A DNA stretch of 64,000 bases from Erysipelotrichaceae bacterium (GCA_030526485.1 JAUNCS010000005.1:4535-68534); one strand, 5' to 3'. Shown: positions 1-8,280, counted from the first letter of the stretch. Notes: a model not told the origin generated them from the sequence alone. Program-made: numbers and translations.

Positions 1-35
1 GTTTTATCTTAATTAATTAAATAAAATTAATGCTT

Positions 36-60
36 AAAAGTCTCGTAAGAGACTTTTTTT
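36..60 (+). terminator. Rho-independent terminator of an upstream (off-window) + strand gene
   Basis: Stem aaagtctc / gagacttt with loop gtaa, followed by a T run. Confidence 0.75.
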
Positions 61-88
61 AATTGTTCTTTTATGATTAGATAAATAT

Positions 89-1792
89 ATGTTTAAAAAG
101 AATAACAACCTAAAATTAATTGGTATATGGTTTGTTTTACCGATTCTAGTTACAATATATTGCCTTGCGATGGGGGTTGCTGGTGGTTTTGAAGCACAAG
201 TTAAACCTCATGATATGTGGTGTTATTATGATGAAATTGATTTTTATCGAAATCTGTTTTATGGAGTTGGTACAATAACAATTATTTATTCTTTTATTGT
301 TTTAATTAAGAAGAACATAAAAAACTTATTAAACAAAAAATGGATATTGCTGTTGTCAACATTGTTACTATGGAGCTTTCTATGTACTGCCTTATCTGAA
401 TTCCCAGCTCAACAATTCTTGGGAACATTTATTGTTTGCGATGGCTTGTTTACTTATGTAGTTTATGCAGCAATATTTATTTTGGGTTTAACAGTTTCAT
501 CAAAGATTGATAAAAAGAAAGTAATTATTGGCTATTGTTTGGTAATCTGTTTGATGTCTGTATTAATGTTATTGCAGGAAACCAGACTGGACTTTATTGT
601 TTATTGTTTCCCAACAATTAAGGCCATGGTATTCTTTAATCTTAATTATTTTGGTTATGTATTATGTCTTAGTGCGATTTCTTTGCTTGGTTTGTATCTT
701 TTCGATAATGATTCGAAATATAAATTGTTATATCTTTTGGGGTTTGCTTTTGAATTATTGACTCTTTTAGTGAATAACACCTTTGGTAGCTATCTTGCGG
801 TTTGTGTTGCAATGGCGTTCTTATATTTTATTTACTATAAGAAATATGGAAAATTTAAAAAAGAATTCATTTATCCATTGGCTATCTGGTTTACTTTCTC
901 TTTTGTAAATTTCGTATTCTTTAATAATGATATTTTAAGATTACTCTTTGATATAAAGAGTATTGTAATTAAAGAAGCGTACGCTGGAAAAGCTGGATCT
1001 GGACGTTGGACTCTTTGGCTTGATGCAGTGGAAAGAATTAAAGCTAAGCCAGTATTTGGATGGGGACCAGAAGGATTTATTGATATTGGCAGTGAAGTAA
1101 TGTCTCGTTCACCTCATAACGATATCTTGCAAATAGCTGGTTATCTAGGAATACCTGGTGTGATTTTATATGTATCTGCATTCGTTCTTTTAGCGATACA
1201 TATGTTTACTCATCTAAAAGATCTTGATGAAATTGATATCGTTTTGGGCGGTGTTGTGGTTTGCTATTTAGCTTCTGCAGAACTAGGACATCCAATGTTT
1301 AATACAACACCATACTTCTGGTTATTCTTAGGAATGATGTGCTCTATGCACTGTGGCGAAACTACTCTTGTGGATAGATCTGAATATAAAGGTTTTAACA
1401 AAAGATTTATCATGTTCTTGGCTTACGCTTTGATATGTCTGATAATAGCTGCTTTTAAACAAAATAATAGTAATGAAAGTCTAATAGAACAGTCTGATTA
1501 TCTGGCTATGCATAATGCAGATTTAAGAGCTCAACTCCTTCTTAAAAATAGCAAACTAGAAGATGGCAAGTATTATTATGACGAAAAAGAATTAGACCTA
1601 GTAACTACAGATAAGAAAGTTATAGGCTATGGTGTTGGAACAACTAAAATCGGCGGTGGTCTGGAAGAGTGTATTAAAACTTATAAAGTAGAATACGATT
1701 ATGATGAAACTAAAGACTACAACGGTATGATTGTTCAGGTTACTATTAAAGACCAGAAAGTCTATAAAGTTGAATGGATTGAAGCTAACTAA
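89..1792 (+). CDS. Wzy_C / O-antigen-ligase family polytopic membrane protein (possible O-oligosaccharyltransferase) with a hydrophilic C-terminal domain
   Basis: 567-aa ORF with about 10-12 hydrophobic segments. Wzy_C-like signature region SGRWTLWLDAVERIKAKPVFGWGPEGF...RSPHNDILQIAGYLGIPG. About 110-aa non-membrane tail. Bracketed by hairpin terminators, so apparently monocistronic. Confidence 0.7.
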   Translation: MFKKNNNLKLIGIWFVLPILVTIYCLAMGVAGGFEAQVKPHDMWCYYDEIDFYRNLFYGVGTITIIYSFIVLIKKNIKNLLNKKWILLLSTLLLWSFLCTALSEFPAQQFLGTFIVCDGLFTYVVYAAIFILGLTVSSKIDKKKVIIGYCLVICLMSVLMLLQETRLDFIVYCFPTIKAMVFFNLNYFGYVLCLSAISLLGLYLFDNDSKYKLLYLLGFAFELLTLLVNNTFGSYLAVCVAMAFLYFIYYKKYGKFKKEFIYPLAIWFTFSFVNFVFFNNDILRLLFDIKSIVIKEAYAGKAGSGRWTLWLDAVERIKAKPVFGWGPEGFIDIGSEVMSRSPHNDILQIAGYLGIPGVILYVSAFVLLAIHMFTHLKDLDEIDIVLGGVVVCYLASAELGHPMFNTTPYFWLFLGMMCSMHCGETTLVDRSEYKGFNKRFIMFLAYALICLIIAAFKQNNSNESLIEQSDYLAMHNADLRAQLLLKNSKLEDGKYYYDEKELDLVTTDKKVIGYGVGTTKIGGGLEECIKTYKVEYDYDETKDYNGMIVQVTIKDQKVYKVEWIEAN

Positions 1793-1800
1793 TATACTAT

Positions 1801-1826
1801 AAGAGCCGATAAGGCTCTTTTGTTTT
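1801..1826 (+). terminator. Rho-independent terminator after the Wzy_C-like gene
   Basis: Stem aagagcc / ggctctt with loop gataa, then ttgtttt. Confidence 0.75.
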
Positions 1827-1833
1827 GAAAGAA

Positions 1834-1842
1834 TGATAAAAT
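1834..1842 (+). promoter_or_regulatory. Extended -10 box TGaTAAAAT only 4 nt upstream of the pilin ATG (possible leaderless or near-leaderless start)
   Basis: TG at 1834-1835, TAAAAT at 1837-1842, ATG at 1847. No purine-rich SD in between. Confidence 0.4.
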
Positions 1843-1846
1843 ACTT

Positions 1847-2863
1847 ATGATAAAAAGATTAAATAAAGGTTTTACATTAGGAGAATTATTAACAGTTACT
1901 GTAGTTGTAGCTGTTTTATCAGCTGTTGCGATACCAACTTTTTCTAATGCTTTAGAAGCGGCTAGAGAATCTAGTGACTTAGATAAAGTAAGAGAAGCAT
2001 ATACGCTTGTATATAATGCTTATCTTGATGAAGATACAGATGCTGAATATAAGGGCGATTTAATGTATCAGCCAAGAATGGATGATAATGTATATTACGC
2101 TGTTGAAGTTGGTCCATTATCACAAACTAAGGCAAACTGGCAAAGTCAAAAGAATATTGTTATTGATGGTGTAACCAGAGTTAATCACTTTGAAGAACCG
2201 CAACCAAAGGGATATTGTCGTATTGAAATAATTAATGGAAATGTAAGTTTCTATTGGAATAACTACACTACAAATGGCTATGGTCCTGGTTATAGTGAAA
2301 ATCCTGCACCAGATCCAGATCCTGGAACAGGTGGAACTACACCTGGAACAGGCGGTTCAACTCCAGGCACAGGCGGTGTTGATCCAGGCACAGGTGGTGG
2401 CACTCCTGGAACTGGCGATCCATTACCTCCGCAAACTGACCCAGGTAATACAATACCTTTAGGTTCAGGTATTAAAGGTAATGAAATAATTAATGTTCCT
2501 GTTTCTGACTTGCCTCAACAGCCAACCGAAGAAAACGTATATGTATCAGTAAAAAAGGGCGATGTTTATGTTAAAAATGGCCGATATTATGTTGCTGTTA
2601 TAGATAAAGAATTTCATAAATATTATTTTGAAGAACCAAATGATAGCAATTCGTGGATGTATATAGAACTTGATCTAAATAATACTACGTATTTACATAT
2701 AAGTGATTTCAATGGTACTTCTTATAAAGGTGGCGAAATAAAACGTGGCACGATATATCAAAAAGACAACGAAATGTATGTTCGTTTGGTAACAAGTAAC
2801 GGTTCTTTACCTACCGAGTTTGACCAGACTTGGTTAAAAATTAATATTCCTACAACAAATTAA
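1847..2863 (+). CDS. Type IV pilin-like protein (prepilin-type N-terminal cleavage/methylation domain) with a PGTGG repeat linker
   Basis: Class III signal MIKRLNKG/FTLGELL with Glu at +5, then a hydrophobic helix. 338 aa. Central (PGTGGxx)x4.7 linker. Two similar C-terminal modules (KKGDVYVKNGRYYVAV / KRGTIYQKDNEMYVRLV). Confidence 0.85.
   Translation: MIKRLNKGFTLGELLTVTVVVAVLSAVAIPTFSNALEAARESSDLDKVREAYTLVYNAYLDEDTDAEYKGDLMYQPRMDDNVYYAVEVGPLSQTKANWQSQKNIVIDGVTRVNHFEEPQPKGYCRIEIINGNVSFYWNNYTTNGYGPGYSENPAPDPDPGTGGTTPGTGGSTPGTGGVDPGTGGGTPGTGDPLPPQTDPGNTIPLGSGIKGNEIINVPVSDLPQQPTEENVYVSVKKGDVYVKNGRYYVAVIDKEFHKYYFEEPNDSNSWMYIELDLNNTTYLHISDFNGTSYKGGEIKRGTIYQKDNEMYVRLVTSNGSLPTEFDQTWLKINIPTTN
2321..2419 (+). 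repeat. In-frame 21-bp tandem repeat, about 4.7 copies, encoding PGTGG-x-x
   Basis: Units at 2321-2341, 2342-2362, 2363-2383 and 2384-2404, plus a partial unit at 2405-2419 (cctggaacaggtggaactaca and variants). Confidence 0.9.
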
Positions 2864-3827
2864 ATGAAAAAACAACAAAGCTTTCACATTAGCAGAACTA
2901 CTTATTGTAGTTGCTATCATAGCTGTATTGGCAGGGATTTCAATTCCTGTCTTTTCTTCACAATTGGAGAAAAGTAGAGAGGCTACAGACTTAGCTAATG
3001 TAAGAGCTGCCTATGCTGAAGTAATGACCTGTGCTATCAGTGAAAGTAATGCTGATAATCCCGATATTACTGTTGGTGACAGTGGCGGTAAAAAGACTTA
3101 TACAGCTACTGTACAGTTAACTCAGAAAAAGAATGGTTTTCAGACTACTGGAGAAATTGTGATTGGTGGTATTAGTTCTGTAGCAGATGAAAATACTTAC
3201 TGGTTTAATTATCCGCAAGCCTTAGGCACTTGCACTATTACTTATACAGAAGGAATAGCTAAGCCTAAGATTGACTGGGGTGGTGCTTTTAAGGGTTACA
3301 TGACTACCATACAGGATGCGGTATATGCTAATACTGATTTTGGTGGATATAAGAAGAGTAGCAATACATTGAATTCAACATATGCATCTGCCAGCACCAA
3401 GTTCGCCAATATCTTACAGGCTATTGATGATGCTGGTTTTACAGAAATAAAGACCTGGGCCGCAGTAAGAGATCCGGCTGATTTGACTACTGATTTAACT
3501 ACGGCACCTGGCAAGAAGTTTAATTATTTAATGTCAACTGTTGATATTAAAACGGTCAATAGAGGTGACAAAGTTCCAGTTTTATATTTATCTAAAGATG
3601 GAGATTATTCTATCGGTTATGCAACTGTTAGTAAGGCGCCAGATGGAAACTACAATGTAATTACAGTTGATCCTAATGGTAAATACAATACAGGTGCTGA
3701 TAAGCCATATTACGATGCAAATTATAAATCGATAAGTCTTGTTGATGAAAGACAGGACTTTGGGTCTAATAAATATGCAGCAGAAGCGGCATATGCTAAA
3801 CTAGTTGAGGAATACAATGCAAAATAA
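2864..3827 (+). pseudogene. Type IV pilin-like gene whose ATG is out of frame with its prepilin leader (frameshifted or phase-variable)
   Basis: ATG at 2864 abuts the TAA of the upstream pilin. The prepilin motif KAFTLAELLIVVAIIAVLAGISIPVF is encoded in the 2928..3827 frame, which has a TGA at 2865-2867. Removing one A from the A6 run (2867-2872) gives MKNNKAFTLAELL... The longest intact ORF is 2928..3827 (TTG start) and lacks the leader. Confidence 0.6.
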
Positions 3828-4578
3828 AAGAGGTTTTACATTAGCTGAACTATTAATTGTTGTAGCTATTATCGCAGTACTTGTAGGAATTTAGATTCCG
3901 GTTTTTAATACGCAGTTAGAAAAGAGCAGGGAAGCCAAAGACCTTGCGGCTATTAGAAATGCCTATGCTGAAGTTAAGACTGCTTTAATAACTGAGGAAA
4001 CTTCTAAGACAGTAGTTGTAGATCTTAAGCAGAAGAAAGATAACTTCCAGTATTCAGATACTATTACCATTGGTGAAATGACTCATAATGTGGCTGATGG
4101 TGAAACCAAGAACTGGATTGGTTATCCACGTGCCAACGGCAAGTGCGCTGTTTATTATGATGCTGCCGTGGGTGTTGTCTATAACTGGAATGGCAATCGC
4201 TATACTGATTCACTTGAAGTACAACAGGCTAAAACAAATTCTCAGAATATTTCTTTTGAAGTTTTAAATAAGACTAAAGCTGCTATTGCGACTTATGACA
4301 GTGGGGCAGCTATTAAGGCTAAACTGGATAGTATGGTAAATCCTTACTATACTTTCAATGTGAATGGTCAAACCGTTAGAGTTTACTATAAGAAGTCTTC
4401 TAGTGGCATTGAAACTATGGAAACTGAAAAGTCTTCTGATGGTTTATACTGGGCTAACTTTACTGTCAATGAAAATGGTGAAGTTGAAATGTTCAACTAT
4501 GTTGATAAATACTACTCATATTCTCGATATGATGATGCGAATGAATCTGAATGGATTGGTAGTGCGGTTATCAAGTAA
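3817..4578 (+). pseudogene. Type IV pilin-like gene with an in-frame amber codon in the N-terminal helix
   Basis: ATG at 3817 gives MQNKRG/FTLAELLIVVAIIAVLVGI-TAG(3892-3894)-IPVFNTQLEKSREAKDLAAIRNAYAEV, in frame with ORF 4078..4578. Paralogous to the 2864..3827 gene (GISIPVF, NYPQALGTC / GYPRANGKC). Confidence 0.65.
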
Positions 4579-4582
4579 TTTG

Positions 4583-4591
4583 TGTTAAAAT
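4583..4591 (+). promoter_or_regulatory. Extended -10 box TGtTAAAAT 8 nt upstream of the HD-GYP gene ATG
   Basis: TG at 4583-4584, TAAAAT at 4586-4591, ATG at 4600. No SD. Confidence 0.4.
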
Positions 4592-4599
4592 AATAGCCT

Positions 4600-5898
4600 A
4601 TGAGCGAAAGATATCTAAACGATATAAGATCAAACAGATTTACATTTGGATGTTTAAATGTAACTTTACTGATACATTTTTTAAGTTGGATATTAAATCT
4701 TTTAAATATATTTATAGTCGACCAGAAGATATTTTTTATATCGGTTTTGGCCGACTTGTTTTTATATCTGATTCTTTTTACTTATGTAAGAAAATATGGC
4801 TTAAATCATCAATATACTAAATATCTGCTCTTGGGTTTCCAGGTACTGATATTCTCATGTGTTCATACATTTTTGACTTATCATACTTTGCTGACAATTG
4901 TTATTCCAATTATCTGTGCGGCACAGTATCGCGATAATCGCGTTATCTGGATTACTTATGCTATGTCTTCTGTTGGAATACTGGCTTCAACTTTGATTGG
5001 TTATAGGGTTGGTCTGTGTGATGCGAATATTCTTTTGTTAACACAAACCAATACTGCTGATTTTATGAAGCATATCCTGGCAGTGGAAACAATAATTCCA
5101 CCAACTTATTTCCAGATTATTCTCTACTATGTCTTCCCAAGATGTGTAGTTGTACTTTGTGTAATTCCAATTGTTATCCATATTAAAAACGAAATTGATC
5201 AGAAGTCTGCTGACTTACTAAAGTCGCAAGAAGAAAATCTGAAACTATATAAGGAACACCAGGAAGTTCAAAGAAGTGTCATCACTTCTTTATCTTCTGT
5301 AATTGCCAGTAGAGATGAGACTACTGGTTATCATATTCAAAACACTGCTTTATATGTTGAATTTATAACCAAGAAATTACTGGAATCAGGAAGTTTTGGT
5401 TTACAGCTTGATGAGGAATATGCAGAAAATATTATTCATGCGGCACCTTTACATGATGTAGGCAAAATTAAGATTCCTGACAGCATTCTTTGTAAACCAG
5501 GTAAATTAAATCCGGGTGAATTTGAAATGATTAAACTGCATACTATCTATGGTAAGGAAGTAATGGATCACTTTGTTAAGACCATTGATAGTAATAATGA
5601 ATACTTAACTGTTGCCAAGCAGATGGCTATTGCTCATCATGAAAGATTTGATGGCAAGGGTTATCCTTATGGCAAGAAGGGTAATGATATTCCTTTATGT
5701 GCCCGTATCATGAGTGTGGCTGATGTCTTAGATGCCTTATTGTCTAAAAGACAGTATAAGGATGCTATGAAATTTGATACAGTTTACCGTATTATGGCTA
5801 AAGAAGCTGACAAACAGTTTGATGACAAGGTCCTAAGGGCTTTATTGGACAACTGGGACGAGTTTGTTGAAGAGATATATCCTAAATCATCGCATTAA
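4600..5898 (+). CDS. Membrane-anchored HD-GYP domain protein (predicted c-di-GMP phosphodiesterase)
   Basis: N-terminal half has about 6 hydrophobic helices. C-terminal HD-GYP motifs HDVGKIKIP and HHERFDGKGYPYG. Confidence 0.85.
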   Translation: MSERYLNDIRSNRFTFGCLNVTLLIHFLSWILNLLNIFIVDQKIFFISVLADLFLYLILFTYVRKYGLNHQYTKYLLLGFQVLIFSCVHTFLTYHTLLTIVIPIICAAQYRDNRVIWITYAMSSVGILASTLIGYRVGLCDANILLLTQTNTADFMKHILAVETIIPPTYFQIILYYVFPRCVVVLCVIPIVIHIKNEIDQKSADLLKSQEENLKLYKEHQEVQRSVITSLSSVIASRDETTGYHIQNTALYVEFITKKLLESGSFGLQLDEEYAENIIHAAPLHDVGKIKIPDSILCKPGKLNPGEFEMIKLHTIYGKEVMDHFVKTIDSNNEYLTVAKQMAIAHHERFDGKGYPYGKKGNDIPLCARIMSVADVLDALLSKRQYKDAMKFDTVYRIMAKEADKQFDDKVLRALLDNWDEFVEEIYPKSSH

Positions 5899-5899
5899 T

Positions 5900-5920
5900 A
5901 AAAGGCCTTGTAGGCCTTTT
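5900..5920. terminator. Bidirectional hairpin terminator between convergent genes
   Basis: aaaaggcct / aggcctttt stem with loop tgt. A run on one side and T run on the other. Overlaps the stop of the minus-strand gene. Confidence 0.75.
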
Positions 5921-8144
5921 ATTTTGCGTCTAGCGCTTTAGTGAATTCTTTTTCCGTTAATGGTTTAGAGTAGTAATAACCCTGAATCTGATGAACTTTG
6001 GTTTCAATAAAGAAATCAGCCTGTCTCTTGTTTTCAACACCCTCAGCTACGATATGAGCATTTAAGTCTCTAGCCATCTTAATAATGTGTCTAAGAATTG
6101 TCTCACCACGATCAGAACCAATGCTGTCAATTAAAGACTTAGATAACTTGATAGTAGAGAAATTATACTTGGCATAGTTTGACAAAGAAGAATAATCCGA
6201 GCCAAAGTCATCCATGTGTAAGATAAAACCTTTATCAATAAATTCTTTAATTACTCTTTTTAATGTTTCCTCATCAGTTAAAGCAGTTTCGGTAATTTCA
6301 AGTGGAATATATTTGAAATCCAGTTCATTGGCCTTAACAATCTTGGTATAGATATCAACGATACCATCTACATATAAAGACATTCTTGAAAGATTAATAG
6401 AAATCGGAATCATCTTCTTGTTTTCTTTTAATCGCTTTCTTTGATATTCACAAATCTTCTGGAAGTTATAAATATCAAGAGTTGAAATAAGTGAATTGGC
6501 TTCAAGTAGGGGAATAAACTGTACAGGAGGGATATTGTTTCCATCCTTGTCTTTCCATCTGACCAGAGCCTCAGCGCCAACAATTTCATCATTGGTATTG
6601 TCATACTTTGGCTGGTAATGAAGAGATATTTCATCATCCAGTAAAGCATCTTCAAAGTTATCAATAATATAGCGTAAACGGATATTATCTTTTTCATCAC
6701 TGCTTTCAAAGAAATGGTAGATAAGTTCCTTGTTTCTGGAAGCCTTAGATAAAGCCAGTTTAGCGCGGTTATAAGAGAAATCGATATTCTCCTCATTTAC
6801 ATATTTAGTAATTCCATAATAAGTCTTAATTCGAGGCAGGGCACATTCTATTGAATACTTCTTAATCTGCTCGGCTATGGCCTTAACACGATTAATGATT
6901 GCTTCCTCATTTCTCTCAACCAGGAATAAGACAAATGTATCAGTCATCAGATGACAAGATAATTCATTATCCTGGAGATTGATATTGTTATATAGAAGCT
7001 TTTGAATATCCGCCAGAGTATGATTGGCCTTGCTGTGACCAACAATAGACTGGAATGAGGTGTACTCACGAATATTAAGAATAACCAGGTAACCTGTATT
7101 ATCAACATTCTTCATTCTCGCCTTAAAACCTTCATAATTAAGACCACCAGTAAGAATATCGGTATAGGCAGCATCCTCAATCTCCTTGGTATGCCTTCTT
7201 GTCTTATGACGTATGTAAATAGTAATGGTTGTAAGAATTAATACGGAGCCAACAACAAATGCCAGCAGCATATTATTTACATCCTCACTGATGATTAATG
7301 TACTTAAAGCTACGCTGTCAGAACTGCTTTCTGTAATCAGATGTAAACGACCATATTGAGTAGTAATATCAACAGGCGATACTGAATAATATCTTTCATT
7401 CTTCTTAGAATAAGTAGAGAAAGGAGAACTGCTTTCAAATTTTCCTATGAAATTATTGAAATTATCAGTATCCACAAAGTCTTCTTTTATATCGTAGAAA
7501 TTATTAAATGAATAAGCCTCATCCTTTACATATTGGGCAACAACATTGCCATTATCATCAATGATTGAAGCATTCAGATAATCCTCATTATTTTTAACCT
7601 GCAACATCTCTACAAATAATTCATATGGATAAGTAAAGCAGGCTACGCCCATGGTTTCCTTATCAGATAACTTGATAGGGGTAGAGAAGACGACGATTTT
7701 CTTACTATCGGTAAGCAAATCGTTATCTAAGACCTGAACATTGGTGAATCCCTTCATCGAATATTGGAAGTAGGCACGATTTGCCAGATTACCGCTTGAC
7801 CCATCAGTTGAATAAACATTGCCAAACTTATCAATAAAGCCTAATCGCTTATATTGATCATCACTGTAATACTTATCCAGTAAAGAAATAATTTCCTCAT
7901 TAGACATGCCCATATTCTTAAAGACAGCAATTTCTTTAGCGAAGTCTTCAATCTTTCTGTACTTTTCCTCAATTAGGGTTTCAAAAGTACGAGCAATAGA
8001 AGAAGTACTTTCCGTTAGCTGCATAACCTGATTATTGATGAGATTTTTTTCTATTAAAGACTTACATCTAATGAATGATGTCGTCATAATAAAAGCCAGA
8101 ATAAATAAGATAAATATAAGATTTACGAAATTATTCTTTTTCAT
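5919..8144 (-). CDS. Membrane sensor protein: extracellular Cache-like domain, degenerate GGDEF domain, EAL domain (predicted c-di-GMP phosphodiesterase)
   Basis: TM1 at the N terminus and TM2 around residue 300 flank an extracytoplasmic domain of about 260 aa. GGDEF position reads MTDTF (degenerate). EAL motifs are intact: EALVRW, INLS, EITE, DDFG, KLSKS, EGVE, QGYYYSKP. Confidence 0.85.
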   Translation of the reverse strand: MKKNNFVNLIFILFILAFIMTTSFIRCKSLIEKNLINNQVMQLTESTSSIARTFETLIEEKYRKIEDFAKEIAVFKNMGMSNEEIISLLDKYYSDDQYKRLGFIDKFGNVYSTDGSSGNLANRAYFQYSMKGFTNVQVLDNDLLTDSKKIVVFSTPIKLSDKETMGVACFTYPYELFVEMLQVKNNEDYLNASIIDDNGNVVAQYVKDEAYSFNNFYDIKEDFVDTDNFNNFIGKFESSSPFSTYSKKNERYYSVSPVDITTQYGRLHLITESSSDSVALSTLIISEDVNNMLLAFVVGSVLILTTITIYIRHKTRRHTKEIEDAAYTDILTGGLNYEGFKARMKNVDNTGYLVILNIREYTSFQSIVGHSKANHTLADIQKLLYNNINLQDNELSCHLMTDTFVLFLVERNEEAIINRVKAIAEQIKKYSIECALPRIKTYYGITKYVNEENIDFSYNRAKLALSKASRNKELIYHFFESSDEKDNIRLRYIIDNFEDALLDDEISLHYQPKYDNTNDEIVGAEALVRWKDKDGNNIPPVQFIPLLEANSLISTLDIYNFQKICEYQRKRLKENKKMIPISINLSRMSLYVDGIVDIYTKIVKANELDFKYIPLEITETALTDEETLKRVIKEFIDKGFILHMDDFGSDYSSLSNYAKYNFSTIKLSKSLIDSIGSDRGETILRHIIKMARDLNAHIVAEGVENKRQADFFIETKVHQIQGYYYSKPLTEKEFTKALDAK

Positions 8145-8150
8145 AGGTCT

Positions 8151-8156
8151 ATTTTA
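8151..8156 (-). promoter_or_regulatory. -10-like TAAAAT (minus strand) 6 nt upstream of the EAL gene ATG
   Basis: Reverse complement of 8151-8156 is TAAAAT. ATG begins at 8144. No SD in the 6-nt gap. Confidence 0.35.
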
Positions 8157-8164
8157 TTACAGAA

Positions 8165-8181
8165 ATGAATTATTAATTCAT
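8165..8181. promoter_or_regulatory. Perfect 8+1+8 palindrome ATGAATTA-T-TAATTCAT (candidate operator)
   Basis: Read directly. Lies in the divergent EAL/ptsI intergenic region. Confidence 0.35.
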
Positions 8182-8205
8182 ATTAATGGTCTAGACATAG
8201 GGGAA

Positions 8206-8219
8206 TGTAAACATTTACA
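8206..8219. promoter_or_regulatory. cre-like palindrome TGTAAACATTTACA upstream of ptsI
   Basis: Matches TGWNANCGNTNWCA except the central CG, which reads CA. Confidence 0.35.
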
Positions 8220-8280
8220 ATGAATAAGCACAAAATGATGTAAAATATAGATAGAAAGTTTTTAGGAGGAATTAATCCAT

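Noticed and set aside
1-88. c-di-GMP riboswitch upstream of the Wzy_C-like or pilin genes (also 1793-1846)
   Set aside because: The spacers are about 30-50 nt after subtracting the terminators. That is too short for a GEMM-type aptamer, and no conserved GEMM features are seen.
2274-2462. 62-aa ORF in another frame across the PGTGG repeat
   Set aside because: It is an artefact of the tandem repeat, which keeps all frames open. The pilin frame is clearly the coding one.
2864-2873. Programmed -1 frameshift on the slippery-looking A-AAA-AAC at the start of pilin 2
   Set aside because: The -1 frame (aat gaa aaa aca aca aag ctt tca cat tag) hits a stop after 9 codons. The pilin frame is +1 relative to the ATG, so classical -1 PRF cannot rescue it.
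3892-3894. The TAG in pilin 3 read as pyrrolysine or as evidence of an alternative genetic code
   Set aside because: TAG is used as a genuine stop elsewhere in the window, for example in the amidohydrolase gene at 13305-13307 and hemW at 18671-18673. No pyl genes or PYLIS-like context are seen, so a nonsense mutation or low-level readthrough is more parsimonious.
4122-4130. DnaA-box-like TTATCCACG
   Set aside because: It is a single 8/9 match inside the pilin 3 coding sequence, with no cluster of boxes or AT-rich unwinding element, so it is not an origin.
6428-6796. 122-aa alternative-frame ORF on the minus strand inside the EAL gene
   Set aside because: It is nested in the conserved GGDEF-EAL linker and EAL coding region in another frame, with no independent signals.
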